Shown: one piece after another, positions 25,964 through 36,771 of the stretch
Position numbering within the stretch: the first letter of the stretch is position 1
How the letters are laid out: each line of letters begins with the position of its first letter
NCBI GenBank assembly: GCA_039189765.1
Contig: JBCCYL010000008.1
Coordinates: 32,001-96,000 of the forward strand
DNA from: Cyanobacteria bacterium P01_F01_bin.150
Lineage (GTDB): Bacteria; Cyanobacteriota; Cyanobacteriia; CAKZMO01
Reading direction: 5' to 3'
Length of the DNA stretch: 64,000 bases
The notes under the pieces: generated by a model
The model's database searches: none
Told to the model about the DNA's origin: nothing
The model's input: the letters and a program-made list of their open reading frames with translations, nothing else
Translations under genes and position numbers: made by a program

Positions 25964-26241
25964 AAATGATTGAGATACGCTTCCGATACTGCTAGGGGAT
26001 ACTATACCCGTTGAGGGAAAGCAGGCTACGTCCGCTCATCCTCAACTTCGGTATTTTTTATTAGCAGATCCCTAATGGCATAATTTCATACAACTTGATA
26101 CATCGTCACCCGATTGCAGGACAGTTCGCATCATTACTGTCATCAAGAGCCACGACCTGAGGGTGGACGGAATGGAAAAAAATTGCTGTGATATGAATAG
26201 ACTTTCTTAATGACAATGGGTATGTCCCCTTTAGAATTGGT

Positions 26242-27585
26242 ATGGACTATCAACAGGCATTGCAAGATATTCGGGCAGGACGCTTTGAAACGGCGATCGC
26301 CCAGTTAGATGAGTTAATTCAATCTGATGCATCTCAACCCAAAGTGTGGCAAGCTAAAGCAGTGGCGTTATTGAGTAGTGGATCTGTGGATGCCGCTATC
26401 GTTGCAGCAGAGCAAGTGTTGCGGTTGAATCCAGCTCAAGCAGATGCCCATCAGTTATTAGGAACAGCCTATAAACAGCAAGGCGATTTGCCCCAAGCAA
26501 TCGCGGCATATAAACAAGCCACCCGTTGTTATTTGAATCATCAGAATAAAGCCAAGGCCCAATCTTGCATCACTCAAATTGAGCAGTTATCCGTTCAGCT
26601 ATCCTCCCATCAGAATGCTCATCGGGTCACTTCCGAGAAAACATCACCGTCTCAGCCGCAAACAAGACAACGGTCAGAATCATCAACTCGTTTTGCGTCT
26701 CCTGTTTCCAATCAGCCCCTGCCATCTCCAGTGGATTTTTTAGCGGAAGCGATCGCCAAAGGTAAGCGGGGAAAGCGTCATGAAGCCTTGAGTGATTTAA
26801 ATTGGCTCCTAGAGCTTGATCCCAATGATGTGGATGGCTTGGCACACCGAGGAATGCTACACGCCCAAACCGGGAACCATCGCGCAGCGATTCGGGATTT
26901 AGAGCGGGCGATGGCCTTGGCTCCCGATAACCCTAAAGTTTGCTTACTGCGTAGCCGAGCGCGGTTGTATATGGGAGATGATTTTGGGGCGATCGCGGAC
27001 CTGTCCCATCTGCTGCAAAATCAAGCTGATAATCAGGTGATGCTGTATTACTTACGGGGACGGGCCTATCTTAAAATTCGTAATGTTGACCAAGCCATTC
27101 GGGATTGTGAAACCCTCGTCAGCCTTGATGCAAATTATGCGGAAGGATATGAATTAGGTGGGGCAATTTATGAGTCTATTGGCAAGTGGGAAGACGCAAT
27201 CGCCCATTATCGCAAGGCCGAAGCCTGTTATTCAAACCAAGAGAAATGGTCCGTTTGTCAACGAGTACAGCGCCACATTCAATACCTTGAGGCAGAGGCA
27301 CGGCCTTCTATTAGTGAACGATCAACCCAAGCATCAGGACCATCAACAGCCAACGCGAAGGGGCAAACGGGGGAGGATCAAACTGAAGCGGAACGGGTAG
27401 AAGCGAAACGCCAAGAGGTCTACGAAGCAACATTAAACTGGCCCCGAGCAAATGCATTGTACAAGAAAGCAAAGCGAGAATCGCCGATGTTGACGGAGTA
27501 TCAAGCCTGGGAAAAAGCCCTAGAAATTTATGTATGGGAAAGCCGCTGGAATCGCTGGCAAGATCCAAACTTTCGCTGGCGGTAA
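26242..27585 (+). CDS. Tetratricopeptide repeat protein
   Basis: Multiple TPR units (A..LLG.AY...GD...AI..Y; RG......G....AI.DL..A..L.P) split by a S/Q/P-rich linker. Confidence 0.85.
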   Translation: MDYQQALQDIRAGRFETAIAQLDELIQSDASQPKVWQAKAVALLSSGSVDAAIVAAEQVLRLNPAQADAHQLLGTAYKQQGDLPQAIAAYKQATRCYLNHQNKAKAQSCITQIEQLSVQLSSHQNAHRVTSEKTSPSQPQTRQRSESSTRFASPVSNQPLPSPVDFLAEAIAKGKRGKRHEALSDLNWLLELDPNDVDGLAHRGMLHAQTGNHRAAIRDLERAMALAPDNPKVCLLRSRARLYMGDDFGAIADLSHLLQNQADNQVMLYYLRGRAYLKIRNVDQAIRDCETLVSLDANYAEGYELGGAIYESIGKWEDAIAHYRKAEACYSNQEKWSVCQRVQRHIQYLEAEARPSISERSTQASGPSTANAKGQTGEDQTEAERVEAKRQEVYEATLNWPRANALYKKAKRESPMLTEYQAWEKALEIYVWESRWNRWQDPNFRWR

Positions 27586-27691
27586 GTGCAACAAGAGATT
27601 TATACGAGGGTATGGACTGTCCAAATAGGCAATGTGGCTTTACCCCGCCTCTGGCAAAGTACGGCCACCATAATACGCAAAAAGAGGAATT

Positions 27692-28650
27692 CTAGCTTGG
27701 AAGTAAGACGTTCTGGCTACTGAGTGCTCCTGGCAAAATATTATCCAATGTGACAATTCGAGTCAATGAGGTTCTCTCTTGCAAAGGATTAAGATTGACT
27801 CTCACTTCAACCCCTGTGCCGCTAGCCCTAAACTCAATCGCAGCACTATATTCGTCAGGGGAACTTAAGCCTGATCCTGCAACAATAGAGCGTAGATCTG
27901 CGACCTGTTCCGCCATTGAGGAAATCCTATCCGCGACTTCCGACGAGGCGATCGTTCCCTTTTCCGCCTAGCAGCAAATCATTCCCTTGCTGTCCAAAGA
28001 TTTTATCATTGCCATTTTGCCCAATAGGGCGATCTTTCTGTCCTCCACCTTTAAAGATGTCTTTGTCATCACCACCCAATAACTTAATCAATGCCCTTTT
28101 TGCCCAACAATTTGTCGTTGCCTTTAAGTCCTTTAAGAATATCGTTATGCCTACTGCCTTTGAGCTTGTCTTTTCCTTTTGTTCCTTGCTTGTTAATGCC
28201 CCGTTTGCCGCCTTTGAAGCGAATGGAAGCAAGGGCAGTACCTGGAACGAAGACCGACGTGACACCTCAACGGGAGGGCCAGGTGACAAATTGATGGGAT
28301 CGCTGGGGTCAATTGGAAGAATCCTTCTTTCGGTCAGATTATTAGGTGGGTCGTTGGCCGGATTAGAATTGCTTGTTGTATTGCCCCCACTCCTTTTTTG
28401 TTAAACAGAAATTTCTCAGTTAACAAAAAAACTATTTTTAAGATGGGATTATATATTTTTACACCAGAAATATTAACTACCTTGTTTACCGCTACCGAAG
28501 ATGTGACCAGATTGCATCCAAAGTTGCTAAATCTTACAAGCATATTCTCCGTGATGGTCACATGCTCAGAGGCGATCGCCAATGAATCCATGAGCATACG
28601 TTTCCGTACCAGAACATATGTCATTCCAGTAAAATCTGTTAAAGATTTCA
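27692..28650 (-). pseudogene. Frameshifted RTX-type calcium-binding protein gene
   Basis: GGxGxD nonapeptides spread over different frames: ..KGLKGNDKLLGKKGID* shifts at ~28086 to KLLGGDDKD..GGKGNDRL; another shift near 28262; stop at 27927. The 5' boundary is uncertain. Confidence 0.7.
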
Positions 28651-28658
28651 TCATGCCA

Positions 28659-29303
28659 TTAATTCAAAGCGTGTTGAGCTAGAACTTTTAAAATTTGCAG
28701 CACTTGATAGAGATCATTCCCTGGATCGATCAAGGAAAAGATAGGCGAGACGCTGTAAGCTGGGGTTTGCTGATGAGTAACTTTGAGGAAGCGGAAGTCA
28801 CTGCCATTGGTGAGTAGTCCAAAGGTGTCTTGAGGGGAGGCAGCACTCGCGTTGGGGCTGGCTAACATGTAGGCTAGCCCTTGAGGCATGGCCTTGTTCA
28901 AAGAAAATTCGCTGTGTTTAGATTCAATCACCACTACCCACAGCTTTTCCTGAAAAACTAAAATATCGATGCGCCCCCGGTAGAGAGTCTCTCCATCTCG
29001 TCCCGAAATCTCAACCGGGAATTCATCGCGCACCTGAATATCCTTGCCATAAAATCCTGCAAGCTCTAGCAACGGTGAGACAATCGCCATTTTGACCAGA
29101 TTTTCGGAGATGAGCAAGTGTCGCGTTAAGGCTATGAAGTGAGATTTGACCTGATCAAGGCGTCGTTTTTCCTCGATGGTCAATTCAGGGAGATTCCTTT
29201 GACACTCGGTAAAAGCATCGTGAGCGTCACTCATTTGTAAATCAAAACTTGTTTCCAAATCATAGAAACTCGTTTTCTCAGAAATCGCCACTGATTGAAC
29301 CAT
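28659..29303 (-). CDS. Stand-alone HsdR N-terminal-like (PD-(D/E)xK) domain protein
   Basis: GRIDILV..VVIESK..Q.LAYM..GLLTNG; ATG 29303. Confidence 0.8.
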   Translation of the reverse strand: MVQSVAISEKTSFYDLETSFDLQMSDAHDAFTECQRNLPELTIEEKRRLDQVKSHFIALTRHLLISENLVKMAIVSPLLELAGFYGKDIQVRDEFPVEISGRDGETLYRGRIDILVFQEKLWVVVIESKHSEFSLNKAMPQGLAYMLASPNASAASPQDTFGLLTNGSDFRFLKVTHQQTPAYSVSPIFSLIDPGNDLYQVLQILKVLAQHALN

Positions 29304-29388
29304 CGTTCGCCCTGTTTTGCTAATCTTATTTATTAGTACATCAGCATTTAATGATAGTTTGGCGAATTTAGAATTGAGAATCCCCCTG

Positions 29389-29411
29389 GTTCCCAGGCTC
29401 TCGCTGGGAAC
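29389..29411. repeat. REP-like palindrome
   Basis: GTTCCCAG-gctctcg-CTGGGAAC. Confidence 0.5.
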
Positions 29412-29719
29412 GAGAATATAAGCCGATTGCAATGGAAATGGGACGAAATTTCTGCCGCCCACGACCTAGGAAATAACATGCAAACTATAAATAAATTTAA
29501 GGGTAAATTTTTATAACTCCCAATTGGCCCATACTTAGCCCCTTCCACAAGCTTAAAGATATGTATATCAGTGCTTAAGCTCAATATAAAATGCAGAAAC
29601 CCTTGTTTGCATAAAAATTTTTATGCATGTTATTTTGTGGATGGGCGATCGCCAAACATCTTATTGACGATGATGCGTCATTCTCGTTTACTCATTCACC
29701 TAGCCTCACTCAAAACATC

Positions 29720-32323
29720 ATGAACACAACCTTTGCCAAGTTTGATTCCGCCACCAGCTTAGAAAACTATTTGGTTGAGCAAGCCCTTGAATCCTATAAA
29801 GGGGTGTTTGGAACAGAAGGCGGCTACTATTACCCCGTACGGGCTTTTTCTGGTGCCGTAGATAATATCGTCCTGGCTGAGACGGCTGCAACCGATCAAG
29901 CCACCTTTTCAGAGACGAATACCCAAGTAGACGGGGTGGATGAAGCGGACTTTATTGAAACCGACGGACAATTTATTTACCACGTCAACGGACAGCTATT
30001 GACTATTCTGGATGCCCGTCAACCTCAAAATTTAGACATTGCGACTCAAGTCTCCTTGAGCGGTAACGCCTATAAAGCAAGTAGTTCAGATGATATTAAT
30101 CTCGCCATTGATGCCTTCTATCCCATAAATAGCAATAGTTGGATCAACGGCATGTATTTGCAGGGCGATCGCCTCACCGTTATTGCGTCCGGCTGGTCTA
30201 CCATTAATGCTGATACAGCTTTAAGCACCTACTATTACTATCCAGGCACTAGTGAGGTTCAGGTCACCGTTTTCAATGTTGCTAATCCGGAAAAAATCAG
30301 CGTCCTTGAGTCCACAACGCTAGAGGGATCATTAGTAACCTCACGGGCAATCGACGATGAAGTTTTTGTGGTCACCAGTTCAAATTTTCAATTGCCAGGT
30401 CCTTTAAAGCTTGAAGACAGCTCTGAAGCTGGCTCAGGCAGTGGTGAACTAATCGATATCTATTCCGGGTCCACTGGAACCTATGAGACGGAGGAGCAAT
30501 ATCTTGAACGGATTAAAGATCAGATTCTAGAACTTGCCCTGCCTAATGTCGAAACGACTGATGCAAACGGTCAATCAGTTGTATCTGGACTCCTCACCCC
30601 GCCAACGGATGTGTACCAGCCCCTAATTGACGATCCGTGGCAACAGCTCACCACCGTATCAACCTTTGATATCAGTGATGGCAATCTGGGCGTTGATGCA
30701 GCGACGAGTATCCCAACAGGTTGGGTTGAAGAGACATTCGTCTCCAAAGACTACATGTATTTGTTGCGAACCAATTACCAAGGCCGCAACACTAAAACTG
30801 AGATTCTAAAGTATGACTTGAATACCGCCTCTCTGGTAGCCGAAGGAACCGTTCCAGGATATATCGATGACCAATTTTCAGTAGATGAACATAAGGGATT
30901 TCTAAGAATTTCCACAACTAAAGGCTTTGGAGACAAGTCCACGAATAACGTGTATGTCTTGGAACAAAATCAATCGTCTTTGGATATCGTCGGCAAAGTA
31001 GAAGATTTAGCTCCAGGAGAACGTATTTTTTCCACACGCTTTCAAGGGGATTATGGCTTTGTAGTGACGTTTCGCCAAGTCGATCCTCTATTCACCCTAG
31101 ATTTGAGTAATCCCAAAGATCCCAAAGTACTGGGCGAATTGAAAATACCAGGCTTTTCTGAGTATCTGCAAGTCATTCCTGATGGCAAGCGCACCCTCTT
31201 ATTAGGCGTCGGACAAGACGCAGATCCAGAGACTGGCCAATCTGAAAACCTCAAGGTTTCCTTATTTGACGTCACCAACTTAGAGAATCCAACGGAAATT
31301 GACAACTATATTTTTGAGGGCGACTTCACCTCGTCTGAAGCATTATGGGACCATCTGGCGATTACTTATTCTCCGGAGCATAAGCTACTGGCAATTCCAG
31401 CAGACTCATATAACTATGCAGAATATAGCTCTAAAAGCGCACTCCATGTTTTTGAAATCGATGGTACGGACGGTATAACCAGTCTGGGGAAAGTAACCCA
31501 TGGTGACGAATGGATCTATCGTAGTCTCTACATCGACGATACGCTGTTTTCTGTTTCAGGCCAGGAAATTTCAGCCCATCAGATTCCAACTATAGAAAAA
31601 TTAGACACGATTAAATGGTCAGGAAAGGGAGAGGGGGAACCAATTTTTGTACCAGGAAATGATTTACCTTTCTTTGGAACCATTCAGGACGAAGTCATCA
31701 CCGGTAGCGCAAGTCGTGACGTGATCAATGGCAAACGCGGTTATGACAGGCTAATGGGACGAAAAGGTCGTGATCTTATTCGGGGGAATAGAGGCGATGA
31801 CGAGCTATATGGTGGCAAAAACGACGATCGCCTCAAAGGCGGGCAGGGAGCAGATACGCTCCGGGGTGGCCAGGGTGATGATTCCCTCAAGGGAGGGAAA
31901 GGAAAAGATAACCTAAACGGAGGTTCTGGAAACGATCGTCTCCATGGCGGTGCGGATGCGGATATATTGGCTGGTGGTGGGGGAAGCGATCGCTTTATCT
32001 TCAAGAGAGCAGTCCATTCTCTCCTTAAAGCCTACGACACTATTCTTGACCTAAACATCAACAAAGATAAAATTAAAGGACGCTACAAAGTTTCAGCAGA
32101 AGACCTCAATCAATTAGGCAGCGTTGACGATCTGCAACCGAATACCATTCGATCACTTTTAGATTCTTCTACGTTTGTGGCAAAAGGAGCGGCAACGTTT
32201 AATTTCGGAGATGAAACGTTTCTTGCGTTGAATGATAAAGCTGACGGTTTTCAAGCAAAATCCGATGCGATCATTAAAATTACGGGCTACATCGGCAATT
32301 TAGATAACCTGAATATCTTTTAA
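29720..32323 (+). CDS. Beta-propeller domain protein with RTX repeats and a bluetail-like C-terminal domain
   Basis: SETNTQVDGVDEADFIETDG, QFSVDE, GERIFSTRF, VTFRQVDPLF, LKIPGFSEYL; GGxGxD repeats; C-terminal GAATF..TFLALND..GF...DAII.ITG. ATG 29720. Confidence 0.82.
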   Translation: MNTTFAKFDSATSLENYLVEQALESYKGVFGTEGGYYYPVRAFSGAVDNIVLAETAATDQATFSETNTQVDGVDEADFIETDGQFIYHVNGQLLTILDARQPQNLDIATQVSLSGNAYKASSSDDINLAIDAFYPINSNSWINGMYLQGDRLTVIASGWSTINADTALSTYYYYPGTSEVQVTVFNVANPEKISVLESTTLEGSLVTSRAIDDEVFVVTSSNFQLPGPLKLEDSSEAGSGSGELIDIYSGSTGTYETEEQYLERIKDQILELALPNVETTDANGQSVVSGLLTPPTDVYQPLIDDPWQQLTTVSTFDISDGNLGVDAATSIPTGWVEETFVSKDYMYLLRTNYQGRNTKTEILKYDLNTASLVAEGTVPGYIDDQFSVDEHKGFLRISTTKGFGDKSTNNVYVLEQNQSSLDIVGKVEDLAPGERIFSTRFQGDYGFVVTFRQVDPLFTLDLSNPKDPKVLGELKIPGFSEYLQVIPDGKRTLLLGVGQDADPETGQSENLKVSLFDVTNLENPTEIDNYIFEGDFTSSEALWDHLAITYSPEHKLLAIPADSYNYAEYSSKSALHVFEIDGTDGITSLGKVTHGDEWIYRSLYIDDTLFSVSGQEISAHQIPTIEKLDTIKWSGKGEGEPIFVPGNDLPFFGTIQDEVITGSASRDVINGKRGYDRLMGRKGRDLIRGNRGDDELYGGKNDDRLKGGQGADTLRGGQGDDSLKGGKGKDNLNGGSGNDRLHGGADADILAGGGGSDRFIFKRAVHSLLKAYDTILDLNINKDKIKGRYKVSAEDLNQLGSVDDLQPNTIRSLLDSSTFVAKGAATFNFGDETFLALNDKADGFQAKSDAIIKITGYIGNLDNLNIF

Positions 32324-32333
32324 ACTCTGCATC

Positions 32334-32395
32334 GGACGCGGCAACCGCTCCTCTACAGGATATTTCGCTACGGTAGGGGTCGGGTTTCCGGCCCC
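32334..32395. repeat. Inverted doublet of GTAG-type REP-like palindromes
   Basis: GGACGCGGCAACCGCTCCTCTAC ... GTAGGGGTCGGGTTTCCGGCCCC between convergent RTX genes; a similar single unit at ~59238. Confidence 0.5.
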
Positions 32396-32476
32396 AAGAT
32401 TGCATAGGAACTTCAGATCGATCTGCCATTTACTGAAAGATCTAGGGTCGATTTCAGAATAGCTCTGGAAACGCCT

Positions 32477-34096
32477 TCAAATGAAAGACGCTTCAGTAAT
32501 CTGGCTCGCTGCAATTCCAATTAGAGTGGCCAGTTTACTGTTACCGCTGGTGATCAGTGTGCTGCCATTGCGATTTTCAAAGGTTAGATTTTCAAAGGTT
32601 AAACTGCCCGATAGCTCTAGCTGATCCTGCTTGAGGTTAAAGTCTGTAATTCGATCAATTCCCGCTTTGGCTTCAAGGACAAAAATATCAGAACCGCCGC
32701 CCCCTCTAAGCACATCAGAACCGCCACCGCCCGTCAAACGATCCTCTCCACCCTGGCCTAGTAAGGTATCGCGACCGCCGCCGCCGTTTAGCAAGTCATT
32801 ACCACCACCGCCCACAAGGCGATCGCGACCACCGCTGCCATTTAATACATCATCACCACCATTGCCAAAGAGGCGATCGCTTCCCCCTGAGCCGTTAAGA
32901 ATATCATCACCGCCATTGCCCCGTAATGTATCGGCTCCAGCTCCACCAATCAAGGTATCAACCCCAGGGCCGCCTTTGAGGGTATCTTGGCCCCCATCCC
33001 CCCACAACTCATCATCTCCAGCTTCGCCGAAGAGACTATCGTTCCCTTTTCCACCGCTTACTTGATCATCTCCGGCTCCGGCCCGAACCACATCATTACC
33101 CGCCAAGGCATCAAATATATCAATGCCATCCGTTCCTAAAACGAAGTCATCGCTATCTAGAAACTGAGAATTGCCAGGAATCGTTGGATCTTGAGGCGTT
33201 GGGTCTTGGATATCCGGATCTTGGCCATCTGGATCTTGGCCATCTGGATCTTGGGGCGGCGGCTGAGGAACAGGCTCTGGATTAGGATTGTCATTATCAA
33301 CAATCAGTAAAGTGGCACTGGCTTGAGATCCAACAATGCCTTCCCCATCAATACTATTTAGGGCCAAGACAACGGTTTCATTGGATTCACTTAAACCATC
33401 ATCGATGATCACAACAGAGACGGTGGCGGTTGTTTGTCCCTCGGCAAAAACAATGGTTGATTGAGACGTAGCAGCATAGTCATCATCACCAGCTGTTCCA
33501 TTACTGATATTGATAGTTACGGCTGTTTGTCCCGTTATTCCCCCTGTACGTACGACCGTAACTGTTGCCGTACCGCTGTCTTCATTAACATTAAAACTTC
33601 CACTGCTGAACCCCAGTGCTCCTGTAAAAATAGGGGTAAAAACTAGGCTATCTAACCGTGCAACTTCATTGCCATTCCGAGTCCCAGTAAAAACAATAGA
33701 ATCGTCTGAATTTACTGGTACATTATTAAATGTAACGCTACGCCTATTAGTAGCAGTAATACCATTTTGACCCAAGTCCTGATTATAGGAAATCGACGGT
33801 AGAGTATTGGAGCCAATACGTAATGTCCCAGTCGACTGACCATCGCTTTCTTCAAAAATATTTGCAGTAATGGTGTATAGACCTGTTTCACCATCAACAT
33901 CACTAAAATTCCCTCTGGCAGTTCCTTCTGCTCCCTGAGTAGTCGTTCTCCTGAGCCGGATTAAATCACCGCCCGATGCAAATGGGAGAAGGGCTGGAGA
34001 CAAATTTTCTCGTATCCTATCGTCACTTTCTTTTTCATAATTAGCAGACAAGGTCAAGTTTTCTGCTTCAAGCGTAATAGGATTTAAAATAGCCAT
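32477..34096 (-). CDS. Calx-beta plus RTX calcium-binding surface protein with a CBM-like N-terminal domain
   Basis: ITLEAENL start; F....F.V.E..G...VTV.R..DDGLSE.NETV.L.L Calx-beta; QDPDG-like 15-bp repeats (~33185-33250); many GGxGxD repeats; DRITDF. Confidence 0.85.
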   Translation of the reverse strand: MAILNPITLEAENLTLSANYEKESDDRIRENLSPALLPFASGGDLIRLRRTTTQGAEGTARGNFSDVDGETGLYTITANIFEESDGQSTGTLRIGSNTLPSISYNQDLGQNGITATNRRSVTFNNVPVNSDDSIVFTGTRNGNEVARLDSLVFTPIFTGALGFSSGSFNVNEDSGTATVTVVRTGGITGQTAVTINISNGTAGDDDYAATSQSTIVFAEGQTTATVSVVIIDDGLSESNETVVLALNSIDGEGIVGSQASATLLIVDNDNPNPEPVPQPPPQDPDGQDPDGQDPDIQDPTPQDPTIPGNSQFLDSDDFVLGTDGIDIFDALAGNDVVRAGAGDDQVSGGKGNDSLFGEAGDDELWGDGGQDTLKGGPGVDTLIGGAGADTLRGNGGDDILNGSGGSDRLFGNGGDDVLNGSGGRDRLVGGGGNDLLNGGGGRDTLLGQGGEDRLTGGGGSDVLRGGGGSDIFVLEAKAGIDRITDFNLKQDQLELSGSLTFENLTFENRNGSTLITSGNSKLATLIGIAASQITEASFI

Positions 34097-34374
34097 GTTG
34101 CAGCTCTCAATATGTCAATCAATAAAGTAGTCAACCGTTGATTTAGCAAGGCACACGGTCAACTGAGTAAATCCGAAAATTATGTTTATACTCAGCTCAG
34201 GCTATCAGACCCATCAGCAAATTCACTAGTGGTCATGACAATCTTTATAGTTTCTTGTATTAAGAATGACAGCACATATCCAAAAGGCTTAAATAATTAA
34301 GATTTAGGTTAAGATACCAAGCAAATTCTGCACAATTGTCAAATCGTAGATTGCACCATCTTCAAGCGTGAACA

Positions 34375-34454
34375 GAGTTTCGTTTTAAGGCGAAATAAAA
34401 TCAAGGGTAGTGTGGGCACGGAGCACCCACACTACCCGCCTAAAGTTGATACCC
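34375..34454 (-). mobile_element. 80-bp TIR/hairpin repeat, subtype 1
   Basis: Reverse complement reads GGGTATCAACTTTAGGC, stem GGGTAGTGTGGG/CCCACACTACCC, TTTCGCCTTAAAACGAAACTC. An extra partial end CCTAAAGTTGATA lies at ~34460. Confidence 0.85.
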
Positions 34455-34511
34455 TGTACCCTAAAGTTGATAATCTGATTTAGAAGCATGAGATATTGAG
34501 TACGGTTAATA

Positions 34512-35003
34512 ATGAAAAACATATATGCGCGTTGGTTAGAGGTCGCTTCCTTAAATCAGAAGGCGATCGCCTTTCTACTCATCACTACCATTACTGTTTG
34601 GGGGATTGGTCTAGGATTCAGTACCTCCGCTCTGGCAGATACGGAGCGATCGAGTGCACCAGATGGAGCAGAGGCTTACATTATTTCCCCTGCAGGAGGG
34701 GCTGAAGTCGCTTCTCCTGTGACGATACAGTTTGGGCTATCAGGAATGGGAGTTGCTCCCGCAGGGATCGATATTAAGAATACGGGCCACCACCACTTAC
34801 TAATTGATGTGGCCGACCAACCCGATCTCGATCAACCACTACCTGCGACTAATAACATTAAGCATTTTGGAGCCGGTCAAACCGAAACAGCCATTTCGCT
34901 CGATGCAGGCTCACACACCCTTCAGCTACTGCTGGGCAACTATGCTCATATTCCCCACGATAAACCGGTCACATCTGAACCGATTACTATTACGGTGAAG
35001 TAG
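34512..35003 (+). CDS. DUF4399 domain protein (exported)
   Basis: Signal peptide, FGLSGMGVAPAG, TGHHHLLID, HFGAGQTE, HTLQLLLG. Confidence 0.85.
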   Translation: MKNIYARWLEVASLNQKAIAFLLITTITVWGIGLGFSTSALADTERSSAPDGAEAYIISPAGGAEVASPVTIQFGLSGMGVAPAGIDIKNTGHHHLLIDVADQPDLDQPLPATNNIKHFGAGQTETAISLDAGSHTLQLLLGNYAHIPHDKPVTSEPITITVK

Positions 35004-35209
35004 TACAAAGCATTACTAATGTACCCTTGGTATGAGGGAGTTGCGGGAAAATGACATACCAATGTTGAGTAGGATAGGCAAAATGAACTTTTGCCCATCA
35101 GCTAAGCGTTAGGATGGGCACGTCCTTATGTCCTTTGCCCATCCTAACTTCTAGTACCTTATTTCTTTGCAAATCCCTAAACGTAGTTACTAGCGGTAGG
35201 TTATTCGAA

Positions 35210-36580
35210 ATGAGCCATCGTTCACGTATCGTTCTTGAAGCGCTTAAGCAACATAATGCTAATCTGACCAGGGAAGAGCGAGCGAGTAAATATGGAAAAA
35301 TGGCTCAATCCCCATTTCGCTTTTACAGGGGAACAAACCACCTATTCTGGTCTGACTTTAGTCAAGATAAACGACTTCAACAATTTAGCTCTCAAAGAAC
35401 TCGAATTTGGCTGCAAGGCGACCTCCACACAGAAAATTATGGGGCTTATGGCAATGATGATGGCCATGTCGTCTACAGCCTCAACGATTTTGATGATTCA
35501 GTGGTCGCTGATTATCAATTTGATATATGGCGCATGGCCATCAGTATTGTGCTAGTTGCACGTCAATCGATCACTCGTTCATTTTCTAAGAAAAATATTG
35601 AACAAATTCTTGAAGCATTTGTAGAAGAATATTTAGAGACTTTAGATCATCATCGCGGTCAGCGTAGCGAACATCGGTTAACGTTTACTGGAAATGTTTT
35701 AACGGAACATCTCAATGAGTTTTTAGAAAAGGTGGATAATCGTTCCACCCTAAAGCAGTTTCTGAATCAGTGGACCATTCTAACCACCGATGAAAAAAAT
35801 TCTAGAAAGATTAGCAGCAAGAATGGCACGGAACGACGGCGATTTAACTATGGAAAATTGCCCCATAAGTTAGCGCCTGTTACCAAACCAGAATGGGACG
35901 CAATCGCTAATCAAATGGCACAATATGGCACCACGCTCAAAGGCAAGATTGATTACAACCCCCACCACTTTGAGATTCAAGATATTGCTCAACGCATTAA
36001 TGCAGGCACGGGATCACTGGGTGCAAGGCGGTATTATGTCCTTATATCTGATGGAGATAAAAGCCCTCTAACAGAGCGAATTTTAGATATTAAACATCAA
36101 ATGGAACCCACTCCCTTCTTACACATGAAGGAAGGCGATCGCCAAACCTATAATCAGGTATTTGGTAACAATCATGCTTTACGCCATGCAACCGCTTATC
36201 GAGCATTAACGAACAGTACAGATGATTATTTAGGCTGGATGTATCTTAAAGATCTTCCAGACCACGTTTCTGGATATTTCTCGGTACGAGAGCTTTCGCC
36301 CTACAAACGTTCGTTTGATGCGACTAAGATTTCTACGCTCAAAATCTTTAAGGATGTTTCGAAAAACTGGGGCACCATTCTGGCCACAGCTCATTCCCGT
36401 GCCGATAAAGATTTCGATTCTACCTTTATTGATTATTCTTTTGATAAGCAGGTTGATAAAATCGTCAAAAATCATCATGACGATTTTTGTAGACTGGTGA
36501 AAACAATTGCTCTTCCCTATGCCGATCAAGTGGAGAGTGACTGGCAAACATTTATAGATTCCAAGCTGATAAATGAGTAG
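35210..36580 (+). CDS. DUF2252 family protein (kinase-like fold)
   Basis: KMAQSPFRFYRG, GDLHTENYG, LNDFDD, GTGSLG.RRY, LATAHSR. Confidence 0.88.
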   Translation: MSHRSRIVLEALKQHNANLTREERASKYGKMAQSPFRFYRGTNHLFWSDFSQDKRLQQFSSQRTRIWLQGDLHTENYGAYGNDDGHVVYSLNDFDDSVVADYQFDIWRMAISIVLVARQSITRSFSKKNIEQILEAFVEEYLETLDHHRGQRSEHRLTFTGNVLTEHLNEFLEKVDNRSTLKQFLNQWTILTTDEKNSRKISSKNGTERRRFNYGKLPHKLAPVTKPEWDAIANQMAQYGTTLKGKIDYNPHHFEIQDIAQRINAGTGSLGARRYYVLISDGDKSPLTERILDIKHQMEPTPFLHMKEGDRQTYNQVFGNNHALRHATAYRALTNSTDDYLGWMYLKDLPDHVSGYFSVRELSPYKRSFDATKISTLKIFKDVSKNWGTILATAHSRADKDFDSTFIDYSFDKQVDKIVKNHHDDFCRLVKTIALPYADQVESDWQTFIDSKLINE

Positions 36581-36771
36581 TCAATCCAGAAAAAAGTCTA
36601 GCAAGATTGATCTTATCCATTAGAACTACGTCGTTCTGCCCAGACTAAAATGCCAAGGGCGATCGCCGTAATTACAACAGATCCTGATAGGGCAACAAAA
36701 ATTTTCCACCAAGTTAGTTGAGCCAGAATTATCTGGCCCATTTCCTGCAATATCTCTAGCATCTTCAGGCT

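Noticed and set aside
27916..28404. 162-aa plus-strand ORF (likewise 32631-33065 and 31741-32004)
   Set aside because: Pro/Ser-rich antisense shadows of Gly-rich RTX repeats.
28659..29303. Type I restriction-modification system
   Set aside because: Only a solo HsdR_N-like domain; no hsdM, hsdS or helicase region.
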